Shown in pieces: positions 1 to 12,700 of a stretch of DNA of 63,928 nt. Numbering within the stretch: the first letter of the stretch is position 1; each line of letters begins with the position of its first letter. The notes beneath the pieces were generated by a model that saw only the letters and a list, made by a program, of their open reading frames with translations, ran no database searches and was not told the DNA's origin. The DNA comes from Nemertoderma westbladi (taxonomy: Eukaryota > Animalia > Xenacoelomorpha), in the NCBI GenBank assembly GCA_032718475.1, contig JAUCBJ010009159.1:1-63928 (forward strand), written 5' to 3'. Position numbers and translations under genes: made by a program.

Positions 1-182
1 GAGGATTTAGAGGATTGAGCGCACGACGGATGTGCGAAACTCCCGTCGTCCCTTTTCCTAGCGTTTTGGAACCACCGACGACTCGACGCCGAAGTCCGAG
101 CCCAGTTCGACCTCGACCACCCCCCAATCGCACTCGAGGACGTGGACGAGCCCGCTCAGCGAAGGAATAGGAAGCGAGTGGA

Positions 183-353
183 AGGAAGGCTTGCGAGCCT
201 ACCGATTTGGATATTATATTTGGATATTATATTTGGATGTTATATTTGGATATTTTATTTGGATATTTTATTTGGATATTTATATTGGACATTATGTTTG
301 AATGTTGGGTTTGGAGGAGCGAGATATGAAAAGGAAGGCTTGCGAGCCTACCG
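183..353 (+). repeat. 22-bp direct repeats enclosing a ~14-bp minisatellite
   Basis: AGGAAGGCTTGCGAGCCTACCG at 183 and 332; ATTTGGATATT(A/T)TAT-like units at 205-300. Confidence 0.85.
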
Positions 354-959
354 TTAGCAATTGGTGCTCAGGAGAAGATATCCAGACCAGCAGGACGAAC
401 TTTTTAGATCGTCAGGAGGACTTATTTGAAAGTTATTAGCGCATTGTGTTTATATTATATTTGGACAGATTTAATTTGGTGAAGGTTTATTATGTATATT
501 TACAATATATAAAGATTTATCGAAAGAGTTTGATTATTTGTTTGATTTGTTTGATTTATTTGTTCTGATTTGTTTAATTTGCTTACCTTGATAACCGAAA
601 GCCTTTTTTTTGTATTTTAGGCACTAAAGTTAATTCGTAAATTTATATTTGTATGTACGATCGATTGTATTTACGCCGTATCTGCAATATTAAGTATGCA
701 ATGATTAGATAGTGATTATATTTTATATTTTAGGCCCTACCAGTAAATTTAGAAATAGTTTGTAGATATTTTATATTTTGATTGGTGAAAACAGTCTTAC
801 TTACTGTTTTCATGGAGCGGTGATGAATTATTTCACTATAAGGTAGCATTTGTAGTTTAACTTTAACGTAAAAACTTTTGAAAATCCGACGTATTTTGAT
901 TAAGTTACAGTAATGTAATATGCCTATTCATATTTGTACACATAAAACCCTTAGGTACT

Positions 960-1030
960 CTCGTGGCGTAGTGGTCAGATGGTTAAGGCGTTGGTTACAT
1001 TACGTAGGTTACGAGTTCGAATCCCAGTCG
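960..1030 (+). promoter_or_regulatory. tRNA-derived (SINE-head-like) Pol III A/B boxes
   Basis: TGGCGTAGTGG (A-box-like) and GAGTTCGAATCCC (B box); no complete cloverleaf. Confidence 0.5.
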
Positions 1031-1078
1031 GGAAATTTGTATTTTGGGGCCATTTATTTTCGTGTGGTGCTAATTGGT

Positions 1079-1328
1079 AGGCCAATGAGAAGCGTACAGC
1101 GTAGCGAATGATGAGCCAGGCCAATCATAGGGCATAAATTATCTTATTGCTCAAATGTGAGGCAGTGGAAAATTCTGTTAGGATTCCATGTCCCAGATTA
1201 GTGTAAGGGCCGGACTGCGTTGAACGATGAGCTGGGCCAATCATAGAGCACGAAGCACTTCATTGCTCAATGGTGAAGCTGTGGAAAATTCTGTTTAGTT
1301 TCCATGTGCAATTTCTAGTATAAAAAGG
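1079..1328 (+). promoter_or_regulatory. LTR U3-like promoter: duplicated ~120-bp unit, three CCAAT boxes and a TATA box
   Basis: GGCCAAT at ~1080, 1119 and 1234; repeated GATGAGC..GGCCAATCATAG..ATTGCTCAA..GTGGAAAATTCTGTT; TATAAAAAGG at 1319. Confidence 0.5.
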
Positions 1329-3101
1329 CCGTTTTGCCTTCGGTTATCACTCCACATCCACCTTATCACGTTAATACCTGATATTATTATAGTTTATTCT
1401 TGTAAAATTAGTTAATTCGGTTTCTTGTTGAAACTTTATTTGATAAATCCTTTTGTAAAACTGTAAATATACTGCAATTTCCTGACATGTTTTCTTTTGG
1501 TCCGACTTCGGGACAGCCGAACACCAGGGAGATGGCAGCCTAGATCGTTAGGCCGTAAGCAACGCAGGGAAGGGATGTCCACAACACGCTAGCGCCCACA
1601 TTGGATTGACCGCGCACCCCCTTTGCCCCTTCGAAATGCTCAACTTGCTATGCAGCGCCCGCTTTGTGAGAAAGGTAAGACTTTGTTCGACGCCCTTGCC
1701 CGCCGTAAGACCTATAGATCAGGGTAAGCGTGACATCGTACTGGACGCCGCAAATTTAGGATCAAATAATTATATCCAGACAACCCCCCCCCCCTTTGTC
1801 AAGTCCTACGAATCCCTGGGTTAACCTGTACTTCCTACAGGTGCGAACTATTGCCATTCGTCAGTACGCGAGTACATATTAGGTACGGACAGCATACGTT
1901 CCATAATTTAGTGATTCATAGCACTGACTGTTTGGTACCGGTTCGCTTTGTAGAACGTACATTAGTACCCCCCCCCCCCCTTGTCTGGAGTTAGCTATTT
2001 GATCAGGCAAGGAGTATTTCTGCTACCGGCACACTGCTTGGCCTAGGGAGGTTTATTAATATCCTACCGCGCCTTGCCACGTACTGATAGGTATTGCTGC
2101 TGACTACCGCAGCAACAAAGTTCTAGAATTAAATTAGTATACCAGATCAGCTAACGTACGGTAGCGATTAACCCCTATTCTTATCTTACAACCAGAATCT
2201 GGTATTAGTGCCGATCACGGGTGTAGTTACTAACACTGTGGTTGCCCATTGGGTTGTGGATAGGAAGGAGAGAGCTTTGACGTCATTCGTGAGTATAAAG
2301 TTCTACAAACGCGACTAGTTTATTTTAGTAGCTAGCGCACGGTATCATTTTAGTCAGAAAATCACTAAAACCTAGTAAAAGGAATTACACGAAATTGTTT
2401 TATTTGTAACACACCCACACACACACACCCTAAAACATATCGCCCTTAAAGTTCTACTAGCTATAGCGTACTATACATTACTTTAGGTGGAAATTATCTG
2501 TATTTGTAAAATTAGGATCTGATTTAGTTGCGGCACAATAAGGAGTATTTCACTTTCGTTATTAAACTGTTGTTTGTCTGGACAACGGTATTGTTACATT
2601 TAGGCCTGACCCTTTAGACTGATTTCGTACAGGGGGATCAGTTATCGTTACATTTAGGCACGACCTTTAGGCTGATTTTGACAGGGATGATCAGCATTGT
2701 TACACTAGGTCTGTTAACCACCTAGTTCGTATATAACCCATATAAATCACACCGCGGCAAGTTACTGTATTTAGGACTGTCAGTGATAGTTAGGATTCGC
2801 TGCGCGGGGATTGTTTTCCCGTGAGTTTGGTCTGTTACTGTAACTGTACATCTGCCTCACCGGTTAGAGGACAGGTATCCTTCTGTCTAGTACGTAGGCA
2901 TTAGACCCGCTCACGTACATAGAATAGATACAAGGCTCTGTTCCTCGCCAGTAGTCGTTTGTGTACTATATCTGTTTGTTTAGATATCCTGGACTGGGAT
3001 TTGTTGTCAGATACTGTACAAGCCCGTATACATTACTAGAGTCTCATAGTAAGATACATCGTTACTAGGATCTGGTAAGCGGTATACTACTGGACCCTTA
3101 C

Positions 3102-3591
3102 AAAAAGGTATGATCATAATGTATGTATGATTTGGTCTGATAACAGATATACGTTCTATAATTAAGCCTACTAATGTTGGGCTAAAGCCTGAAAACACAA
3201 AGATTCCAAAGCCGGTCTTCGTGGCATCAGGAAAAAAGGTAAACATAAACCATAATGCATTGCGCGATTTCTCGGAAGTTTCTATACAAAAGCAGGAGAA
3301 ATGCTCTGATTGGTTGACCGAACCAAGAGACACCGTAGAACAAAGAAAAGCTACACGTGTACAGCTCAGCTGTTAGCTGTCGTCATAGTAACTACACTGT
3401 TTCAAGAGGATCTAGCTTATTGCGTCATATAATTGCTCATTATGTCCACTAAAGTACACATACAGAAGAAATAGCTTCTGATGTCCCCTAAAACACCAGT
3501 ACAGTAAGGATACGGCCTTTTATACCTGTTAAGCCAACTACAGAGTACTTTACGGGGAAAATAACCGATCAATTCCGCAAAAGCTTTTACA
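3102..3591 (-). repeat. 3' LTR of BEL copy 1 (interrupted)
   Basis: 490 bp matching 17924-18413 with about five substitutions counted by eye. Confidence 0.9.
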
Positions 3592-4062
3592 CCGCTCCCA
3601 GAAAATGGGATTTAAGTCTATAAAATATAAAAAATCACAGTTTCTAAAATATAAAAATACTCTAAACAGTTAGTCTTTCTTACGCGGACGGCGTTTACGC
3701 AGCCTTTTGAGGCTAGCAAGAGTCTTTTTCTCTTTGGGGCGAGCCACTTTACTAGGAGGGCTGTAACTCCTGGGTGAAGGGTGCAATACAATTGCATCTG
3801 AAAGTTTAAGGTTACGGTCGATGTCTCGTCCAGTTCGATATGCTTCTCCTCGAGCTGATTTTCCTCCGCTTGTCGTTGGATGTGTCCGTCCAAAAATTCT
3901 CGCGGAGAATAGGGTCGTCCAAGTTCAATAACTTCTTAGAGGTTCTGGATTTTCCGATCGAACTGAGATAAAGTTACCTTGTTTACCGCTTGGACTTGCG
4001 GTGCAATTTACGTTTATCTGAACAAGCGTAAGTTCCTTTTCTGATCTTTTGTAGAATAGCGT

Positions 4063-5190
4063 CTAACTCATTTGGTACAACACTCTCCGCCACTTTGGTG
4101 ACAGGTTGTATCGTGTTAAGCCGGGACGATGGTAAGGGTTAAACGGCGATATTAAATGTCCGCGTCCCAATCCGGCTTGGTAGGATGGGCTAATATCTAG
4201 GAAGCCCACAACCGGGGTGCCACCGACTAATTGTTCAGGCAACACCAGATCTTTGAACATTGAGTACAGCTCGGGAGGATCCGTCATACTAATAGGATCA
4301 AGAGTCTGAGGTCTCACTAGGGAATGAGGAGGTCTGCTCAAGTATTCCGGAACTCTGATCATCGGTTTATTTAAGGATCGTCTGAGTCGAACAAGCGTAG
4401 GTGATATGTCAAACAAATTTCGCTCGAAACTCCCGCAAGTATAGCGAGTAAAACCGTGTTTAGTGCAACGTCTCCATGGATGTTTAGGTCTTTCCGTTTG
4501 TTGGTTGGGTCTAGGGCATTCATTGCAATAATACCAAAGACGCACGTCTTGTAGGGGAAACGCGAGTGATCTTTCTCCAGCTTACAATATTCCTCCATCT
4601 GTTCGAAGCTATCCGGTACAACAGGTAGCGGTCGATCGGCGGTAAGATACATCATAGTGGAATAGAGCCGTTTGAGTTCTACTATGCGGTCATGATGTAT
4701 ACCTTGAGGATATCGAGTTTCTAGATTCTGTTGACTGGTAATATCGAGATATATTTCTCTCAAGAATTCCAGATATTTTGGTGAAGTCGCTACGTTTATC
4801 CGGCTCTTCAACATCTTCACTTTCGAGTCGGTTTCGAATAGAATTTTCGTGTTCGAGTATCAGTTTATCGTTCTGCTTCCGCTGGGCAGGATATATGGTC
4901 GACATAGTCCGTATCGTGTAAATCGATAGAATGGCCAGTGGTTAAGAAGTCCATATACGTACCATTACGATGCGTGTAGCGAGCGGTGAATTTTCCATAG
5001 TCCAATTCACGCGTAAGTTGCTTCTAGGAAATCGTCGGTTCGATATAACGACCATCGTCCTCCGTAGTAGTTGGACTAGCGTCGCCGCGTATCGAGCTAT
5101 CAACAAACGCTTGTAAAGGTAAAGTATATCTCTCCCTGATACCAAGATCATCTTCTATCAACTCATGGATAGCTGCTATATGCGTTTATC
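4063..5190 (-). pseudogene. Degenerate extra ORF (ORF3) between pol and the 3' LTR, function unknown
   Basis: Overlapping same-strand ORFs 4371-4820 (149 aa) and 4063-4545 (160 aa), plus upstream protein-like frames broken by stops, in a block more GC-rich than its flanks. Confidence 0.5.
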
Positions 5191-5989
5191 CATATTATAA
5201 TGAGTTTATAATTAGGCTAGCGAGCGTCATTGCCTACCCCAATCGGCCCCCGGACAGTGTAAGATCCTCAGCGCAGATGTATTGTCGTCACTGTGTTTTC
5301 GCCAACGTTGTAGCTACACAATGACAACGACACTAGCACGAGTCACTCCACTGTCCGTCCCAAAGGCTTAGATACACTTCAGGTTCTTACTGGAGAGTTA
5401 GGGTTACTTTCACAATTGCGACTCGCTACTGTAAACACACCTTAGTAGTAACATTTGCCTATAAACTCACAAATTCCACACATACAACTGTCACAAATTA
5501 CACACACTCGGGCCATTTGTCCGTTAGTCAGTGCCTTCCAGAATGTCACGTTGTTATTATGTATCCTTGGATACTAGCGGCGTGCTATTTATTCCGTATG
5601 CTATTCAATGAGCAAGCTTTTTATTGTTCTGTTAACTCGCTTCTAATTCTTGCGTGGTTGTTGCTATGGTGACATTATGGAAAGCTAGCGGTATAATTAG
5701 GGTAATTCCCATGCATACAGATCTGGGATGCTATTTAATAGTAAGTCTTTAATGGTCAATATCATCTTTATATATGATTTTATGAATTTTATCGGCTATC
5801 GACTCTATATTGGAGATTCTCGCACACTAATACACTTAATAGGTGAATCTCCGCTCCCATGATCTATTAATTAATGGAATTTTGGGAATATTATAAATTG
5901 TATAAAATAACAATTTATCAAATTCATTAAAAGATTAATTTAAATTTATTCCCGTAATTTTATTATTTAATATTAAAATAGACACTATT

Positions 5990-6285
5990 TTATTCCAGAG
6001 CATGTCTGGGGACTGGGATCCTTGATTCTAGAAAATTTGTCCTTTTAAGAGTATCGGTAAGTGCTACGATACCTTAATCGACTAGAATGTTAAAGGATCT
6101 GAAATTTGACAGATTTTATAAATATTAATAGTTAATATTTAGGATAGGCACCGGTTTATTCGAGAACAAGTCTGGGGACGTTAACCACTGATTCTAGAAA
6201 TTTGTCTTTCAAGTATATCGGTGGGTGCCGCGATATCTTAATCGACTAGAATTGCAGATGGTCAAAGGGTTTATCAGATTTATTT
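5990..6285. repeat. Two tandem ~165-bp units with a conserved stem-loop
   Basis: ATTCTAG...CTAGAAT and inner stems are present in both units (5990-6120, 6156-6285). Confidence 0.75.
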
Positions 6286-6793
6286 TGCGTTTTACGCTAC
6301 TGTTAAAGGGACATCACGCTACTATATGTATTATTTAATATACGGTATGAGAGCAATATCGCACGAAGCAATGTCAGTGTGAAGAGGCAAGTCGTTTCCA
6401 AGGCCTACCTAGAGCTTGGTTTAGCCGAGACACGAGGATCTGAACTTTGCATTCCTAATACTCTGCCTACCAATAATACTTAAATACAGTAGGAGCTTTA
6501 TTGTACTTTAATAAGTACGGACATTTCATCTTACTGTAGTCACGTATTTATAATGTAATACAGACAGTAAGGAAAGAGAAAATAATTATTTTTCGCCGTC
6601 GCACCAAATATATAATATATAAGTAATTAAGTAATAAACGCGAATATATATTGCACTAAATAATTGCTAAAATAATATTCTACTAAATAAAATTAAAGAA
6701 AACGATTATAATAAAATTACATAATAATGCATACATAAGTATAAAATAATAAGAATATAAAATAATACGGTCACATACCCACTCCAGATGCTA

Positions 6794-9700
6794 CTAAGCT
6801 GGGGAGTCCCTAGATGTTTGTTGGATTAGGGAGGTGGTCGTGGGAAGAGTATCTTGTCTTCCATAGTTTCCGGAGAGTTCTCTGTCTCTTTCCAGTAAAC
6901 ACAAACGACCAACTGGGCGATTGAGCTGCTGTGTCTCAAAGACAATTCCCGGTTTCTTGAAGTTACGTCGCATGACGACGAGTTCTACCGATCGCACCAA
7001 ACCGTCATCTGAGATGTGAGTCTCGATGATACGACCTGTCTGCCACCGCTTACATGGAAGATCTGGATCTACAATAAGGACCATGTCTCCAGCGCTGACG
7101 TTTTCTTGCTGCACAAACCACTTAGTTCGAAGTTGTAGCGTGGGCAGATAATGTTTTTCAAAATGGTCAGCGAAACGATGGGATAACAACTGCATAAGTT
7201 GCCAAGTTTGCCGGCAGTATTCATCTCTGTCTGTGATTTCCGATTGTGGGAGCATGGCTACAGGTTTCTTCATTAGGAAATGCGCGGGTGTTAGCGCTTC
7301 CAGGGAATCGGGACTCGATGACACTGGCATAAGCGGTCTCTCGTTGAGATAGGCGGCGATTTCCTCCATTAACGTCCGCAAAAGTTCGTCGGTGAGATAC
7401 GCGCGGCACGGCACTATAAAGTGAAATGCGGTCTTCACACTTCTAATCAATCTCTCCCAACTTCCTCCCCACCAAGGGGCGTCGGCGGCGTTGAAGGTCC
7501 AGCTAGACGCTGTTACTCTTAGCTGATCATCCACCTGTCTTTGGTTCCAATCCTTGACGTAAGCTTTGATTTCATTGTTGGCACCAATGAAGATCGTTCC
7601 CTTATCAGATCTCATTGTGTTACTAGTTCCAAAGCGAGCGATCTGTCGTCGTAAGCTTAATAAGAAGCTGTTGGTAGACAAATCGTTCACCATATCGAGA
7701 TGGATAGCTCTACAAGTCATACAAACAAAGATGACACACCATCTCTTGACTATAGTTCTAGCACGATACACTTCAATAGGGCCAAATAAATCTACACCGG
7801 TATTAGTAAAGGGTGGTTCATAGAAGCTTACTCGTTCCCTAGGTAATTCTGCCTCTCGCTGTGTTAAAGGCCTACTGAATGCTTTCCTACAGGGTATGCA
7901 GTTCCTAAGAACTTGGTTCAGAGCTCTACGGGGTTTATAGAAATAATAGCGAGTTCGAATTTCGCTAAGAACTCGTTCTCTACCAGCATGATAAAGTTTG
8001 CTGTGAACATCCACAATCATCTTGACTTGTATTTCAAGATTTCTAATGAGTATGGGAAACTTAGTGTCAAAGGATAATGGAGCATTCGTTAATCTTCCTC
8101 CAACACGTATCAACCCATCTATCATTGTGCTAGAGAAACGATCCCTTAAGCGCATCTGTGGATTTCTCAACAACAGGAAATACTTATCGGCATCCTCATA
8201 GCATTGCAGGAGTCTCAGCATCTGTTTGTTGGTTTCTTCATGCTCCTGATAACTGATCTTCTCCTTCAGAAACCTGTCGGATATCTTATATTTGGGAAGA
8301 TCTTTAACAACATGGACCTGCACCGATGTCAGTGGAGCTGTATCACTATTGGTCTTCGTCCCGGAGTAGTGATGATGAAAACATCGTTTTAAATATGTAA
8401 CAGCCTTACAGAGCCGATTCCAGGAACTGTAGTGATGTATCGCTCTCTGCAGGAGAGGTGAGAGTCCTTGTGAAACGTCTGGTATTCCAGATTTCCAATC
8501 CTTCTCACGGATTTCCATAACCTGCTTGTTTACGGCTGTGGGTTTCTGATCCAAAGCGTCGTCTCCGGAAGTATGTAGTACAGACAGGTCTACCATAGGT
8601 TTAAATAACTTCGATTTACTCGCCCGAGTTTTAGGTTTAACTTTCTCCGCTCCCTTGGCCTGTCTAATCTCTGCTGTAGTAAGATGAGGAGGCCATTCTT
8701 CTTCTTCTTGGTACAGGAAGTCGGGTCCGCCTAACCAGTCTGGCGTATCTACCAGTTCTTGTGGAGTTGCTCCCCTGGAGGCGATGTCGGCTGGATTGAT
8801 CGTTCTGGGGCAATGTCTCCATTGGTCCATCATCGTGCGACTAAGTATAATGGCTACTCTGTTGGTAACGAAGACGCTGAACTGACAGACTTCATTGGTT
8901 ATATACTCCAACACGAGTAAAGCGTCGGTCCAATAGACAGTTTTCTCCAATGGATAATCGATCTGTTCTGTTACATTCCGACCGATGGCTGTAGCGTATA
9001 GAGCCGCCTTTAACTCCGCTCGAGGAACCTTCAACTTGTTGTTTATCAATGCCTTAGAGGTAACCAAGGCAACCTTGATTCCATCTGGAGTTTCCACTCT
9101 TAGGTAGGCTACTATACCTATTCCCATATCGTTAGCGTCTTCAAACACATGGAGTTGATAGGAATACGTAGGGAGAACATGACCAAAATATGAACGGGAA
9201 ATTATAAAGTTCTCGATGGCTGGTAAAGAATCTTCCCATTTCATCCACTTCTTTAATAATTCTCCCTTAAGTGGATCGTCCCATGAGTGGTTTTCAAGCC
9301 ACATTTGTTGTACTAATCTCCGAGCAATCAATATAACTGGGCTAATAAATCCCAATGGATCGAAATAAGTGCTCAGGATACTTAAACAAATCCGTTTAGT
9401 TCAAACTGGATTATCTCGCTGTTTTAGCTGGAAAAACAGGATATCCCTCTCTGTGTCCCATTTCAAACCAAGTGTCTTAGTTTCTGGAAGATCATCTTTG
9501 ATTAGGTCTAGGTCTTTCGCTCCTCGATCTTCTACCGGGATCGATTCCAGAAACTCACGGGAGTTGCTGGTGAATTTAGTTAATCGAAATCCACCTCTTT
9601 TTAAGCACTCTACCGTTCCTTTAGCGACATCAATGGCTTCTTCGACTGATGGAAGGGACTTTAGATTATCGTCCATGTATATGTCTCGTTTGATATTGTC

Positions 9701-12700
9701 GATCACCTCTTTAGAGAAGGCTTCCCGATTGTCATCCGCAGTGGTGCGCACCACTGAACAGGCGTTTGAAGGGCTTGAGATTATTCCAAAAGCCTGGATG
9801 GTCATCCAGTACTCCACCGGTTTCTGGTTGAGGTCTCCTTCAGGCCACCACAGAAATCGTAGGCTATCTCGATCCCTATCCAGTGCCTTGACTTGTAAGA
9901 ACATGCCTTCTATATCTGAGGCGAAAGCAACTGAATATTGTCTTAATCTTAAAAGTATTCCCAACAAGGATTGGAGTAAGTTGGGTCCGGGTAACAATTC
10001 GGAATTAAGGGATTGGCCCATGTAGAGGGCGGAGCCGTCAAACACTACTCGTACTTCGTGAGGTTTACCGGGTTTGGGAACGTAATGGTGAGTTAAATAA
10101 TACGTTCTCTCAGTTATAGATGTTTCTTCCGGTACTCGCTCCGCATATCCCTTGCTAATAATTTTCTTCAACTGCGTTTGATACATTTCTTTAGCTGAAG
10201 AATTTGCCGTAAGGCGTCAATGTAGTTGAGCAATTATTTTCTCCGCCAAGGGTCTGTTGTTGATGAACTTTGGTTCTCGCTTTCGGAAAGGTAGACCGAT
10301 TTCATATCTACCTTGATCTTTAAGAAAACGTGTAGTTGTCTCTTGGATCTGCTTAGCTCTTTCTTCTTCTACCGATAGGGCCTTATCGTACGAATTGGGC
10401 TCTACAGCCTCTTGAGTAAAGAATCGTACGGCGTGTTCATCCCGAGTTTTGGCATTATAACGTTCAATGACGTCGTTCAGTTCGTCGTTTTAGTCGTCTC
10501 GTTCCGATGGACGAATGAGCTGACATAGGTTTACTTGGTTTTGCCAAGTCTCGTTTTCCGTCAGGAGATCTATTGTATTCTCCTCATCGAAGAGTTGGTG
10601 TATTTCGTCATTGTCTGAGGAGTATGGAGTTCCCTCAGTTGGATCGTCTAACTCACTGTTCTCAACTTCCCATTCTCGTACTTGATATACCTGATCTTTC
10701 GGTAATCTTTCCATGATAGTTCTACGGGAAGGGCCAGTAAAGTACCAACCCACTCTAGTTCTTCCCGCATAAGCTTGTAGTGGTTGCGGCTGAGCGGGCC
10801 GTTTCTCCAATGTCTCGAGCGCTTCATGAGCGTTTTGACCGATAAGTATTTGCACTCCAGGGTAATCGGTGTTGAATCTAGGTATTTTAAGGTGCTGGGT
10901 GAAATCGTCCTCATCCCAGTTATAAGGTTCCACTTGGCTGGTAGCGAAGTTCTTTATCGCCACCATTTTTACTGACCTTATACTGTGTTCTCCTAGTTCA
11001 TCCTGGGGGGTAGACAACGCACCTACGTAATAATCCGCTATTACTGTAGATTTCCAAACCTGCATTATTCCTGACATGTTTAGCTTAGTTCGGTATTTGG
11101 GTTGTCCAGCAAAGATGTCCTCGGCTAGTTCTTTGTCGATGAATGTTCCTGTGCTACCGGAGTCAAGGAGGGCGTTCACTATATAACTCCTTTGAGGTCC
11201 GTGGACCCGTAACTGGACTACAGGAAATTCTCGGATCCCTACATTGGAAGTTGGCGCTTTCCAAGATGGTTGTTGATCAGAAGTAGTTAGGGTGAGATCG
11301 CTGTCTGTGTCTTTTTCATACATGAGTGCTCGATACACTGCGGTATTTATCATGTAACAGGATTCGTTTTTGTCGGAGAACTCGTCCGTATAGAATCCTT
11401 CCATCTCAGAACTTTGGCCAGTGTCGTTCACATCACTGAATTGGACATGTAATTCGGAATCACTCACCTGACCCTGGCTGTTTCGCTCGAATTCAGTGTG
11501 CAACAAGATATGATGCTTCGCGCCGCACTTTGCACACCTTGTGTCAGAGTAACAGGTTCGCCGTTGGTGTCCTTATCTGAGGCAATTATAACACAACCGC
11601 TTATCCCACATGACTTCTCGTCTCTCCGTTAATGATTTCTTTAGGAATTCATCACACATATTCAAACGGTGGGTCCCGTCACATAGCACACATTTCAGTT
11701 TGATGTTACTTACCTTGTTTTGAATAACATTGTGCACACTCGTTCTTTCTTCGGACTTTCTTACCTGAATTCTCTTAGGAGACGTAGGAGGAGTTTTTCT
11801 TAACGGTTCTCTCCCGTCATTGGTTCGAGACTTGTATTTACTTACCTGTTCTTTAGGTATTTTATTGACATAATAAGATCTTTCAGTATCTTTCCCGCTA
11901 TCCTCTCCTTGAGAAGTCTGGCTTTCGCCGTTGTCGGTATAACATACTGGTGTTACCTTTCTCCTAGAAACGGGTTTCTCACTTACCTTACTTTCCGATG
12001 TCTTCTCTCTGGACTGCTTTATGAGCTGTAATTTCACCTCGCCATCCAAGAATGACATGAGATCAGCCATGGTAGGGTCTCGTTGTTGTTGTTCCATCAT
12101 ATATAACACTTTCTTGTCCCAGCGTGTACCTACTCCACCTTTCGGTAAAGTAGAAGTCACTGCTCTAATAACCATAGCACTCTGATACTCATGAGACTTA
12201 CCTAGCCAATCTAATTTTCGGCAGATCTCCTGAATCTCATCGGAAAACTCGATAATCCCGCTGCTAATAAACTTTCGGGGCGCTACCAACTTTGCATACA
12301 AATACCCAGCTATGTTATTCCTATTACCATACCTGAAGTTTAGAGTATCCCAAACTTGTCTTAATCCCTCTGGATGTCCAACAAATTTTAACGCCATTAA
12401 CTTGGGAGGTCCTTCCAAGCATTCGATGAGGTATCTGAGTTTCTCTCCGTTAGATAGCACAGAGTTCTGTATGTTATCTTTATAATATTCATTAAAAGGT
12501 AACCATTTCATCTCATCTCCATTGAACTTGACGATCTCTCCCACCTTTACCGCTTGACGGGCTTCGGTTCTAGCCATTTGACGCGTGAAACTTTCTTGGG
12601 CCATCGTGTTATTTAATATCAAGTTATCGGTATATAAATTTCTCGGATCATTATCAAGTCTATATGGGATATCATTGTCAACAGGTTTATAATTACCCTT

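Larger units (their letters stand above)
1..3102 (+). mobile_element. Probable 3' end of a separate LTR retrotransposon (candidate LTR 821-3102) inserted into the BEL 3' LTR
   Basis: GGAGCGG|TG at 814-822 mirrors the PPT/LTR junction of BEL copy 1 (GGGAGCGG|TG on -). The segment ends in ...CCCTTACA at 3102, exactly where identity between the two BEL LTRs stops. The other end is outside the window. Confidence 0.4.

Noticed and set aside
960-1030. Functional tRNA gene
   Set aside because: Acceptor and anticodon stems cannot be formed.
1202-1209. TGTAAGGG as an LTR start matching CCCTTACA at 3102
   Set aside because: It lies inside the duplicated promoter unit as a variant of the TATA segment.
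3007-3333. Recurrent small ORFs (MSLGSVNQ.., MQIPKW.., MSVVISC..)
   Set aside because: They recur only because the LTR and repeat DNA is duplicated; no protein motifs.
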